Shown here piece after piece: positions 1-8,239 of a DNA stretch of 64,000 nucleotides. The stretch comes from Actinomycetota bacterium (lineage in GTDB: Bacteria > Actinomycetota > Acidimicrobiia > Acidimicrobiales > JAMDDE01). A program made the position numbers and the translations under genes. A model generated the notes under the pieces. That model was given only the letters and a program-made list of their open reading frames with translations, made no database searches and was not told where the DNA came from. Location of the stretch: NCBI GenBank assembly GCA_023489235.1, contig JAMDDE010000009.1, positions 6,439-70,438 of the forward strand, written 5' to 3'. Numbering within the stretch: position 1 is the stretch's first letter; each line of letters starts with the position of its first letter.

Positions 1-188
1 ATTTATACTACTGTAAGAGATAATTACTTATAGTGAATTATTTAAACACATAAAGTGGGTATATGAACACAAAAAGTTGCTTGTACGTCTTTACTCGTAC
101 GCCCATTGAATGGGTCTATGTTGATGAGGTAGTCCAAGGATAGTTATCGTGCTGCTGCCCAGTGGGTTCTATTCCTACAGCTTTGTAG

Positions 189-2456
189 GTGATGACCTTG
201 AGGTTGGCACCGGGGGGTTTCATGGCGTTACACGATGTATCGAGTGATCAGATGAGCACAGGGGATGTAGTTCTCGAGATTAACCACGATGGGGTGGTGA
301 AAGCTCGTCTGCTCAGCCTAGACGGTGTAGTCGTCCTCTCTCCGTCCCCTAGTTCCCCGGACTCGAACTGGGATTGGTTGGTGGGGCACAAGCTTCTAGC
401 GGTTGTTCATCCCGCTGATTGGGCCCTCTTGATAGATAGGCTTGCAACTGGCAATCATCTTGGGCCACTTGGTGTATATCATGCACATGTCCGTATACGT
501 AATCGATCAAGAGAGTGGCGCCTCTTTGATATCTCCCTCTTCGACAGGTGCGAGCAGAACGAGGGTACCGAGGTAGTCATGGTGGCTTCCGACATAACGG
601 TTCATCAGAGCGACCCAGCCCAACTGGGGGTGTTCATTGATCACCATTCTCGATTGCTTGATGCAATGACAGATGCCTACGTAGAGACCAATCTAGGGGG
701 CAAGGTGACCGAATGGAATACTGCTGCTCATAGGTTGTTTGGCTGGAGCAGGGCTGAAGTGCTTGGTCAGTCGATAGAGAGGCTGTTGGTGCAGCCTTCC
801 TCAATAAGCGAGTATCGAGCGCACTTACGACAGTTTGCATCCATGAGTAATGCTCTTGACGTCATAGAAGGAGTTTACGAAGAAGAAACCCTGCTGGTGG
901 ACAAATACTACAGGAAAGTTAGGGTAAGGGTAACTTATTTCAGCAGTGGAGACGACAAAGATCGCCGACTCGGCTATCTGATCCATGATCTCACCGATGA
1001 GATGGCCACGAAAAAGGCATTGGCCGATGCCTACCTCCATGATTCACTGACCGGATTGGCTAGTCGTTCGTTGTTCACCTACCGCCTTTCATATGCTTTG
1101 TCCGTCTACAATCAACAACCAGGTCAAGTGGCGGTCATGGTGGTTGATGTGGATCGCTTCAGAGATGTCAACGATGCCTTCGGTCATGATGTGGGCGATA
1201 AAGTGCTAGCTGAATTGGCGCGCAGAGTGGCAGAGAGGGCAGGCAGAGACAGAGTTGCACGCTTTGGCTCCGATCAGTTCTTGGTACTGGTAGAGGGCTC
1301 TTTTGCAGAGGAAAGAGCGTTGTCCCTAGCGGAGGAGATCCAAGAGGCTGTGGCCGAACCGTTCATCCTATTGGATACCGAGCTGTTCTGCTCCGTGAGC
1401 ATCGGCATTGCCTCTACGCAATCGAATGGGATGGAATTTGAAACAAACATTGCTCAAGCTCGTAAGTTGGACGATCTCGCTATTCTCTCGACAACATACG
1501 ATCAGCAGAGAGAGAGCATGGGTGAAGATCTCTCGATACCGAACTCTGCCCACCTTCTTTCCTGTGCGGATGCCGCTTTGCACCAAGCCAAAATGCGAGG
1601 TGGAGCTTGCACTGAGTTGTTCGGAGAGGTGCTACGGCTGCGTGTCCACGAGCGAGTCGTTACCGAGTCCGCGTTGCACAGGGCTTTGGATCGCTCGGAA
1701 CTCGTTGTCTTCTACCAGCCTGTTATTGACATATCCTCGACGAGTGTTATCGCAGTGGAAGCTTTGCTGCGATGGGAGCATCCCGACAAGGGACTGCTGA
1801 CTCCGGATCGTTTCATACCGGTCGCAGAAGAAAGCGGTTTGATAGTACCGATCGGTACCTGGGTCATAGAAGAGGCTTGCAGACATCTTGTCAGCTGTAC
1901 GCATGATCTCTCCAGGAACGGTTCCGAACTGGAGGCAGGGTTCAATGGCTGGACCGTGGAGGTGAACTTGTCGGCAAAGCAGATCGATCACCCTCATCTG
2001 GTATCCACGATTGCCCATATCCTGGAAGAGGTGCCAATCCCTCCCTCGCAGCTGGCGTTGGAGATCACCGAAAGTGCCTTGATGGCCAACGCCGAAACCG
2101 CTCTCTCGGTACTCCAAGCACTAAAGGAGCTGGGAGTTACATTGGCAATTGACGACTTCGGCACCGGCTATTCGTCGCTCTCTTACTTGAAGCAGTTCCC
2201 CCTGGACATATTGAAGATTGACAAGTCTTTCGTAGATGGACTGGATGGCGATACTCGCAATGCAGCCATTGTAGAGGCTATCATCAATCTTGCCCACACC
2301 CTCGGGCTTTCCGTGATTGCCGAGGGTGTGGAGAGAGAGGCGCAACTAGAATGCCTTACTCGACTTGGCTGTGACCTGGCTCAAGGATTTCTCTTTTCCA
2401 AGCCAGTACCGGCAGAGGAGTTACGCCATCGATCCGTGCTGAGAAGAGGAGCTTGA
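189..2456 (+). CDS. PAS-GGDEF-EAL protein, probable c-di-GMP phosphodiesterase
   Basis: PAS motif WNTAAHRLFGWSRAEVLG; HDSLTGL and DVDRFRDVNDAFGHDVGD with degenerate GSDQF in place of GGDEF; intact EALLRW and DDFGTGYSSL, plus LKIDKSF and AEGVE. Confidence 0.92.
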   Translation: MMTLRLAPGGFMALHDVSSDQMSTGDVVLEINHDGVVKARLLSLDGVVVLSPSPSSPDSNWDWLVGHKLLAVVHPADWALLIDRLATGNHLGPLGVYHAHVRIRNRSREWRLFDISLFDRCEQNEGTEVVMVASDITVHQSDPAQLGVFIDHHSRLLDAMTDAYVETNLGGKVTEWNTAAHRLFGWSRAEVLGQSIERLLVQPSSISEYRAHLRQFASMSNALDVIEGVYEEETLLVDKYYRKVRVRVTYFSSGDDKDRRLGYLIHDLTDEMATKKALADAYLHDSLTGLASRSLFTYRLSYALSVYNQQPGQVAVMVVDVDRFRDVNDAFGHDVGDKVLAELARRVAERAGRDRVARFGSDQFLVLVEGSFAEERALSLAEEIQEAVAEPFILLDTELFCSVSIGIASTQSNGMEFETNIAQARKLDDLAILSTTYDQQRESMGEDLSIPNSAHLLSCADAALHQAKMRGGACTELFGEVLRLRVHERVVTESALHRALDRSELVVFYQPVIDISSTSVIAVEALLRWEHPDKGLLTPDRFIPVAEESGLIVPIGTWVIEEACRHLVSCTHDLSRNGSELEAGFNGWTVEVNLSAKQIDHPHLVSTIAHILEEVPIPPSQLALEITESALMANAETALSVLQALKELGVTLAIDDFGTGYSSLSYLKQFPLDILKIDKSFVDGLDGDTRNAAIVEAIINLAHTLGLSVIAEGVEREAQLECLTRLGCDLAQGFLFSKPVPAEELRHRSVLRRGA

Positions 2457-2618
2457 TCAAGTGCACTTCGCAATCCCATAACTCTAGCCAGGGGAGGATG
2501 TCGAATTGCATCATCTCTATCCATACCGTTCGTAATTCACTCGCGATGCGGTATTTGCGTAGCTGAAACCATCCACGTTCCGGGCTGATTAGCATCACCC
2601 ATTTTACCAGGTGATTTT

Positions 2619-2681
2619 ATGGATCGCTTTTGCTTAAGCATTCCATGGATCATAATTTGCCTAAGTAGAGGTACTTAAGTG
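2619..2681. promoter_or_regulatory. Candidate operator array upstream of the cytochrome b-like gene
   Basis: Palindrome TGCTTAAGCA (2631-2640) with variants TGCCTAAGTA (2658-2667) and TACTTAAGTG (2672-2681); the first two are each preceded by ATGGATC. Confidence 0.4.
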
Positions 2682-2814
2682 TCATTACGGTCTAGCACAT
2701 GCTTTGCTCAGGGGATACGGTCGTGGTTGACTATTGAACACTTCTCGAGTGTTCGTCCTATCGGGTGAGGTCCTCATGAGAGAACAGAGTGCGAGTTTGG
2801 GAGGAGCGTGAAAG

Positions 2815-3828
2815 GTGACCGAACAGGGCATGGTAGGAGCACTGATCAATCTGCATCATCCAGGTTTCTATATTCACTGGAATTTCATCTATGTATCCGC
2901 AGCAAATCTCATCGTGATCGCGGTGATGATCATAGTGTTCATCCTCGCTCTGCTAGTTGGCTTTCCTCATCACTCCAAGTCGAGCTCTGCCAGTAAATCC
3001 GTGGACTTGGTCGATGGGGAAGGCACGTCCACGGAGCCAATGGTCAAGGCAGCTGTCGAGGAAGACTCCTGGTCTCCTCCTCCTCACTCCAAATACCTGG
3101 GAGGAGAGGAGGATGCAAAAATGTGGACCGCCGGGATACGCAGGATTGGTCTGCATCTACTCCCTCCCGACAAGCTCTTGCCAGATCGCCAACCAGCCTA
3201 TGTCGCCTCTTGGATCTATGTATTCGGAGTCTTGACCCTCTCTGCTTTCCTGGTGACCGTACTCTCTGGAGCTGTGCTGGCCATCGAAGGGCCGTTCTGG
3301 TGGCACGTCAGCTCCATCGGTCACTTCGTCAACTCCTTGCATCTGTGGGGGGTCGAGATGTTCATGTTCTTCATGGCCTTGCATCTATGGGGCAAGTTTT
3401 CCATGGCTGCCTGGAGAGGCAAGCGGGCTCTCACTTGGATAACAGGAGCACTGGCCTTCCTTGTCTCGGTGTTCGAAGCGTTCACCGGGTACCTGTCCCA
3501 GACCAACTTCGACTCCCAGTGGATAGCCTTCGAGTCGAAAGATGCCTTCAACGGGGGCGGAATCGGAGCTTTCGTCAATCCAATGAACTTTGGGCAAGCG
3601 CTAATGCTCCATATCGTACTGGTTCCGCTGATCCTCTCTCTGATCATCGGGGTGCACATACTACTGGTGCGCATAAGGGGAGTGGTTCACCCATTCATGA
3701 CCGACAAGGAGTTGGCCTCCTTGCAAGGTGGAGGAGCAGCCGATGGGCTCGGGGCTAGTAGTGTGGGTAGCTCGGAGTTGGCTGAAGTTTCCGTAGGTGG
3801 AGCAGGTGGAGAAGGAGCGGTGGACTGA
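2815..3828 (+). CDS. Cytochrome b/b6 N-terminal domain protein with an extra N-terminal transmembrane segment
   Basis: Four heme-ligand His (SLHLWG...ALHLWG; MLHIV...GVHILL), TWITG and FTGYL motifs, hydrophobic helices. Confidence 0.88.
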   Translation: MTEQGMVGALINLHHPGFYIHWNFIYVSAANLIVIAVMIIVFILALLVGFPHHSKSSSASKSVDLVDGEGTSTEPMVKAAVEEDSWSPPPHSKYLGGEEDAKMWTAGIRRIGLHLLPPDKLLPDRQPAYVASWIYVFGVLTLSAFLVTVLSGAVLAIEGPFWWHVSSIGHFVNSLHLWGVEMFMFFMALHLWGKFSMAAWRGKRALTWITGALAFLVSVFEAFTGYLSQTNFDSQWIAFESKDAFNGGGIGAFVNPMNFGQALMLHIVLVPLILSLIIGVHILLVRIRGVVHPFMTDKELASLQGGGAADGLGASSVGSSELAEVSVGGAGGEGAVD

Positions 3829-4814
3829 TGGCCAGTACTAAACGTGAGTTGAGGAAACTCGAGGAGAGAAGCTATGCCTCTCCTTGGCAGGGGAGCTATC
3901 GCAAGTATGACATAATAAAGGAAGCCACCATTGCCTTCGTGGCCGTTCTCGTCCTGGTCTTCGTCCTCGCTATTGTTTTTTCTTCACCGGACAAGCCACC
4001 AGTGACCATAAGGCAGTGGGCGGATCATACCCCAAGGGACTTCTTGGCCACGAGCCTCCTGGAGTTGGAGGGTGCCTCCAACTCTGCAACCTATGGCCCT
4101 CCTTACAACACAAAATCAGGTGAAACCCAATACCTGGGTCCAGTGTCCATAGAAAAATTTTTTGGCGTACACTACCCTCTTCATCCAAAGAGAGATTTCG
4201 TCTTGCGACCGCTGATCTCTATTCCTGCAGATCCAGCAACCGACCGAGCTCTAGCTGAATTCGATGCTGCCAGCAAGACTCAGCAGCACCGCTGGGAGGT
4301 GGCTTATGGCAAAGGACTGGCTCACGCTACAGTTTCTATTACCGGAGCAGTGAACGTCTCTGCCCCAGGAGCTGGTCCGGTGACCACCCTGATGTCCTCT
4401 TTGTTGGCTATGGCTAGATCAGGGGCTCTTGATTCCTCTCTTGTCTCTCACAGCGGTTTCTATACGACTGACTACACCAAGCCAATCATGTTCATTGGGG
4501 ACAGCTGGAAGGCCTTCCACACCAAAGGTTACTGGGGCAAGCTGGTTGCTGCTGAGCACCTCAAAGGAAACCAGTGGGGGATGATGAACGAGACAGGTAG
4601 TTGGCCAGGACAGCCCTGGCTGTGGCTGTATACACTGTGGTATCAAGTGCCACCCATGTCTACCTCGTCGAACGGTGATGCCGAGGTCATGGCCATCATG
4701 ACCGTGTTGAGCCTGCTGCTGATTGCCGTTCCATTCATACCTGGTCTACGAGATATCCCCCGCAAGTTGAAGATTTACAAACTGATCTGGCGGTATCACT
4801 ACAAGGAGGCTTAG
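3828..4814 (+). CDS. Membrane protein partner of cytochrome b (subunit IV-like, large extracytoplasmic domain)
   Basis: TGATG overlap with the cytochrome b gene; N-terminal TM after YDIIKE; PGQPWLWLYTLWYQ followed by a C-terminal TM ending in VPFIP; no CxxCH. Confidence 0.65.
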   Translation: MASTKRELRKLEERSYASPWQGSYRKYDIIKEATIAFVAVLVLVFVLAIVFSSPDKPPVTIRQWADHTPRDFLATSLLELEGASNSATYGPPYNTKSGETQYLGPVSIEKFFGVHYPLHPKRDFVLRPLISIPADPATDRALAEFDAASKTQQHRWEVAYGKGLAHATVSITGAVNVSAPGAGPVTTLMSSLLAMARSGALDSSLVSHSGFYTTDYTKPIMFIGDSWKAFHTKGYWGKLVAAEHLKGNQWGMMNETGSWPGQPWLWLYTLWYQVPPMSTSSNGDAEVMAIMTVLSLLLIAVPFIPGLRDIPRKLKIYKLIWRYHYKEA

Positions 4815-4959
4815 TGGATGGCACAGCCTGCAGCTCTTGAACGGAAGTCTTCCGAATAGTTGTTCACCTGTGTCCTCACTACATGCTCCACTGCACCGGC
4901 CAGTTCCACTTTCGACTATCCCCTCCAACTCGTGGACTTATCCGACTATGTTGGTGTAA

Positions 4960-6615
4960 ATGGGAATGACCTCCAAGAGATCCGCACTAACGAGTTTGTC
5001 CGAATGGTCGGCGCTGCATGATCACTACATGACCATCAAGGATGTTCATCTGCGGGAGCTGTTCAACAACGATCCCGAAAGGGTAGAGAGAATGACAGTT
5101 CACTGCGGAGATCTTCTCTTCGATTATTCGAAGCATAGAGTTACCGAGGATACCTTGAGGTTGCTTCTAGCCTTGGCCGAGGCTAGAAGCTTGAAGGAGC
5201 GCATAGAGGCCATGTTTGCCGGAGAGCACTTGAACCACTCCGAAGACAGAGCAGTCCTACATGTAGCGTTGCGGATGCCTGCCGATCAGCACTTGATTGT
5301 CGAGGGGGAGGATGTAGTTGGTCAGGTTCATGCAGTCCTGGACAGGATGGGCCAATTGTCGGAGGAAATAAGATCTGGGGAGTGGCGAGGGCATACAGGT
5401 AAACGGATCAGGAACATCGTCAACATAGGGATTGGTGGATCTGATCTCGGGCCGGTCATGGCGTATCAAGCGCTTGCCCACTTTGCTGACCCGAATATAA
5501 CGGTACGGTTCGTCTCCAACGTAGACCCAGTAGCTTTGCTCACGGCAACCGAAGACCTCGATCCAGCTGAGACCCTGTTCATTGTTTGTTCCAAGACGTT
5601 CACTACATTGGAAACGTTAACCAATGCTCGCGCGGCTAGGCAGTGGTTGATGAACAAACTTCAATCCGGTGAGGAAGCGGTTAAACACCACTTCATCGCG
5701 GTTTCCACCAACGCAGAGAAAGTCATGGAGTTCGGGATAGATCCTGCCAATATGCTTGGTTTCTGGGACTGGGTCGGGGGACGCTACTCGTTCGACTCTG
5801 CTGTTGGATTTAGTTTGATGGTTGCCATTGGCAAGGAGCGGTTCCTGGAGATGCTGCGTGGTTTCCATACTATGGATGAGCATTTTCGCACGGCTCCGTT
5901 CCTGGAGAACGGTCCTGTGATCCAAGGCTTGCTCAATGTCTTCTACAATAATTTTTTCGGCGCAGAAACCCATGCCATCTTGCCCTATGCAGAGCGCTTA
6001 GCTCGTTTTCCGGCCTATCTGCAACAGCTGACCATGGAGTCCAATGGTAAGTCCGTTAATGAAGATGGTTCACCGATTGACTGCCAAACAGGGGAGATAT
6101 TTTGGGGTGAACCTGGCACCAATGGACAGCATGCTTTCTATCAATTGTTGCACCAAGGGACCAAGCTGGTCCCGGTCGATTTCATAGCCTTTGCTGAACC
6201 CGAGCAAGAACTCGGTGATCAGCATGACCTATTGGTGGCCAACTGTTTCGCCCAGTCTGCTGTCCTTGCATTCGGTCGTAGTTTGGAAGAGGTGCTAGCC
6301 GATGGCACCCCCCCACATGTAGCTCCTCACAAGGTGATGCCTGGCAATCATCCAAGCTCCACCATTCTTGCCCCGCGGCTCGATCCGTCGATCCTGGGTC
6401 AACTGGTTGCCTTCTATGAGCACGTAGTCTTCGTGGAGGGTACCATCTGGGGGATAGACTCCTTCGATCAGTGGGGCGTTGAGCTAGGTAAGGTCATGGC
6501 CTCTGAACTCTCCCCTGCCCTTGTTGCCAAAGAGATGCCCCTGTTGGATCAGGATCCTTCTACCAAGGCTTTAGTTGCCAAGTACCGTCAACTGCGAGGA
6601 AGAGCAAGCAAGTAG
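4960..6615 (+). CDS. pgi: Glucose-6-phosphate isomerase
   Basis: [59 protein letters not shown]. Confidence 0.98.
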   Translation: MGMTSKRSALTSLSEWSALHDHYMTIKDVHLRELFNNDPERVERMTVHCGDLLFDYSKHRVTEDTLRLLLALAEARSLKERIEAMFAGEHLNHSEDRAVLHVALRMPADQHLIVEGEDVVGQVHAVLDRMGQLSEEIRSGEWRGHTGKRIRNIVNIGIGGSDLGPVMAYQALAHFADPNITVRFVSNVDPVALLTATEDLDPAETLFIVCSKTFTTLETLTNARAARQWLMNKLQSGEEAVKHHFIAVSTNAEKVMEFGIDPANMLGFWDWVGGRYSFDSAVGFSLMVAIGKERFLEMLRGFHTMDEHFRTAPFLENGPVIQGLLNVFYNNFFGAETHAILPYAERLARFPAYLQQLTMESNGKSVNEDGSPIDCQTGEIFWGEPGTNGQHAFYQLLHQGTKLVPVDFIAFAEPEQELGDQHDLLVANCFAQSAVLAFGRSLEEVLADGTPPHVAPHKVMPGNHPSSTILAPRLDPSILGQLVAFYEHVVFVEGTIWGIDSFDQWGVELGKVMASELSPALVAKEMPLLDQDPSTKALVAKYRQLRGRASK

Positions 6616-6625
6616 TGTTGCAGAG

Positions 6626-8200
6626 ATGAAGGTAGCTATAGCTGCGGACCATGCTGGAATGCCGCTCCGAAGGGTTGTGGTCGAAGCCGTTGAAGCTGCA
6701 GGTGGCGACCCTGTAGTGCTTGATCTACCCAATGCCGGGGATAACGACGATTACCCTGATGTGGCCCGTATGGTAGCTCGCGCGATAACTACAGGAGAAG
6801 TAACCAGGGGTGTCCTTCTCTGTGGGAGTGGCGCTGGGGTGGCCATAGCCGCTAACAAGTTTCCCTTGGTGCGTGCAGCATCTGTGCAGGACACTTATAC
6901 AGCCCATCAGATGGTAGAGCACGATGATGCCAATGTGCTAGCCATAGGTGCCAGGGTCATAGGCCCGGAAACAGCCGCTGAACTTGTAGGAGCGTTCATT
7001 CGGGCATCTTTTTCCAAGGCTCCCAGACACTCTAGAAGGCTAGGAAAGATATTGGACATAGAAAGAGAGAGCTACGTCAAGAATCTCCCAGAACAGTTGC
7101 GTAAGAGAGAACAGAGCATCTGGTTGCGTGGACTCGATCGCCGGATGATCTCCGACGGCGACTTGGCCTTCATGTTGGCTCGATGGGGAGTTAGTGGCCT
7201 GTTGCCCGATGTGCTGTTGGTAGCTGAAGCTATCTCTACTGCAGATACCTACAATGATCTACTACTAAGTCTGTTGAGCGAGGGAATTGTCGAGGCCGGG
7301 GAGCTGTCCGTGGCAGTGGTACACTCAGATTTATTGGTCGGTGCTGAACTGCTCGGATCCGTGTTCGATGCCACTAGTGGCACGGATGGTTATGTATCCG
7401 TGCCACTGCCAATGGTGTCAACCAGTGGCTCTTCTCCTGCTGCTTTACCTCTTCTCCTGAAGCAGATCAAAGATCTTCCCGCCAAAACTACTAGATCGAA
7501 TGTGCTTTTGGAGGTTCCTGCCACCAAGGAGGGCTGTGTAATGGTTGAAGAGCTCACAGCATCTGGAGTAGGTATCAATGCCATCATGGTCGTCCACGGA
7601 GATCACTATCTACAAGTGGTCTCAGCTTACAGCAGAGGATTGGAACGTCGCCTGCAGAATGGGCTCGACCTTGGGATACCTCTTGTAGTGAGTGTGGCTG
7701 TATCTACGGAAGATCAGCGTAGCAGTGTCGATCAGGTCGATGAGATCCGTGAGCACTGGCATCGCTGGCTCGTCACTGATCATTGGAAGAGGTTAGCTAC
7801 CCAAGGCGGAGTGACCCCACGACTGGCGTGGGCATTCCCACCCTCCATGAGTAGTGCTACTGACTCTTCTTGGATTCCCTTGTTGGATGAGACCTTACTG
7901 GAGCATCTAACGGTTCCTTCCAGCATTCTCCAAGTTGGGAAGGATGATTTGGATCTTCTTTTCAATGTAGGTCACCGCAGAGGTGTGCTTTCTGCCCGAA
8001 AGCCACAACCACCGAGCACATCGAACAATGAATCAGTTTTGGGCAGTGAACCAGTCAATGAACCTGTAGGGTATACTCCAGGAGGTGGAGCCGAGGATAT
8101 GCTCCAACGTCAGCTGCTGGATCGCTCAGTTCATCAATGGGACATCTTGATTCGAGCAGTGGAGTCCAAAGCATCTGGCTTGAGGCGACAAGAGGGCTAG
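6626..8200 (+). CDS. rpiB: RpiB ribose-5-phosphate isomerase fused to a degenerate transaldolase-like domain
   Basis: ADHAG, DYPD, CGSGAG, AANK, EHDDANVL and RHSRR RpiB motifs; C-terminal half follows the Tal layout (QSIWL, DGYVSV, VPATKEG) with catalytic residues altered. Start placed at ATG 6626, after the pgi stop. Confidence 0.8.
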   Translation: MKVAIAADHAGMPLRRVVVEAVEAAGGDPVVLDLPNAGDNDDYPDVARMVARAITTGEVTRGVLLCGSGAGVAIAANKFPLVRAASVQDTYTAHQMVEHDDANVLAIGARVIGPETAAELVGAFIRASFSKAPRHSRRLGKILDIERESYVKNLPEQLRKREQSIWLRGLDRRMISDGDLAFMLARWGVSGLLPDVLLVAEAISTADTYNDLLLSLLSEGIVEAGELSVAVVHSDLLVGAELLGSVFDATSGTDGYVSVPLPMVSTSGSSPAALPLLLKQIKDLPAKTTRSNVLLEVPATKEGCVMVEELTASGVGINAIMVVHGDHYLQVVSAYSRGLERRLQNGLDLGIPLVVSVAVSTEDQRSSVDQVDEIREHWHRWLVTDHWKRLATQGGVTPRLAWAFPPSMSSATDSSWIPLLDETLLEHLTVPSSILQVGKDDLDLLFNVGHRRGVLSARKPQPPSTSNNESVLGSEPVNEPVGYTPGGGAEDMLQRQLLDRSVHQWDILIRAVESKASGLRRQEG

Positions 8201-8239
8201 ATGGCCTTGGTTATTCATCCATCCGTTTGTTGCTAATCG

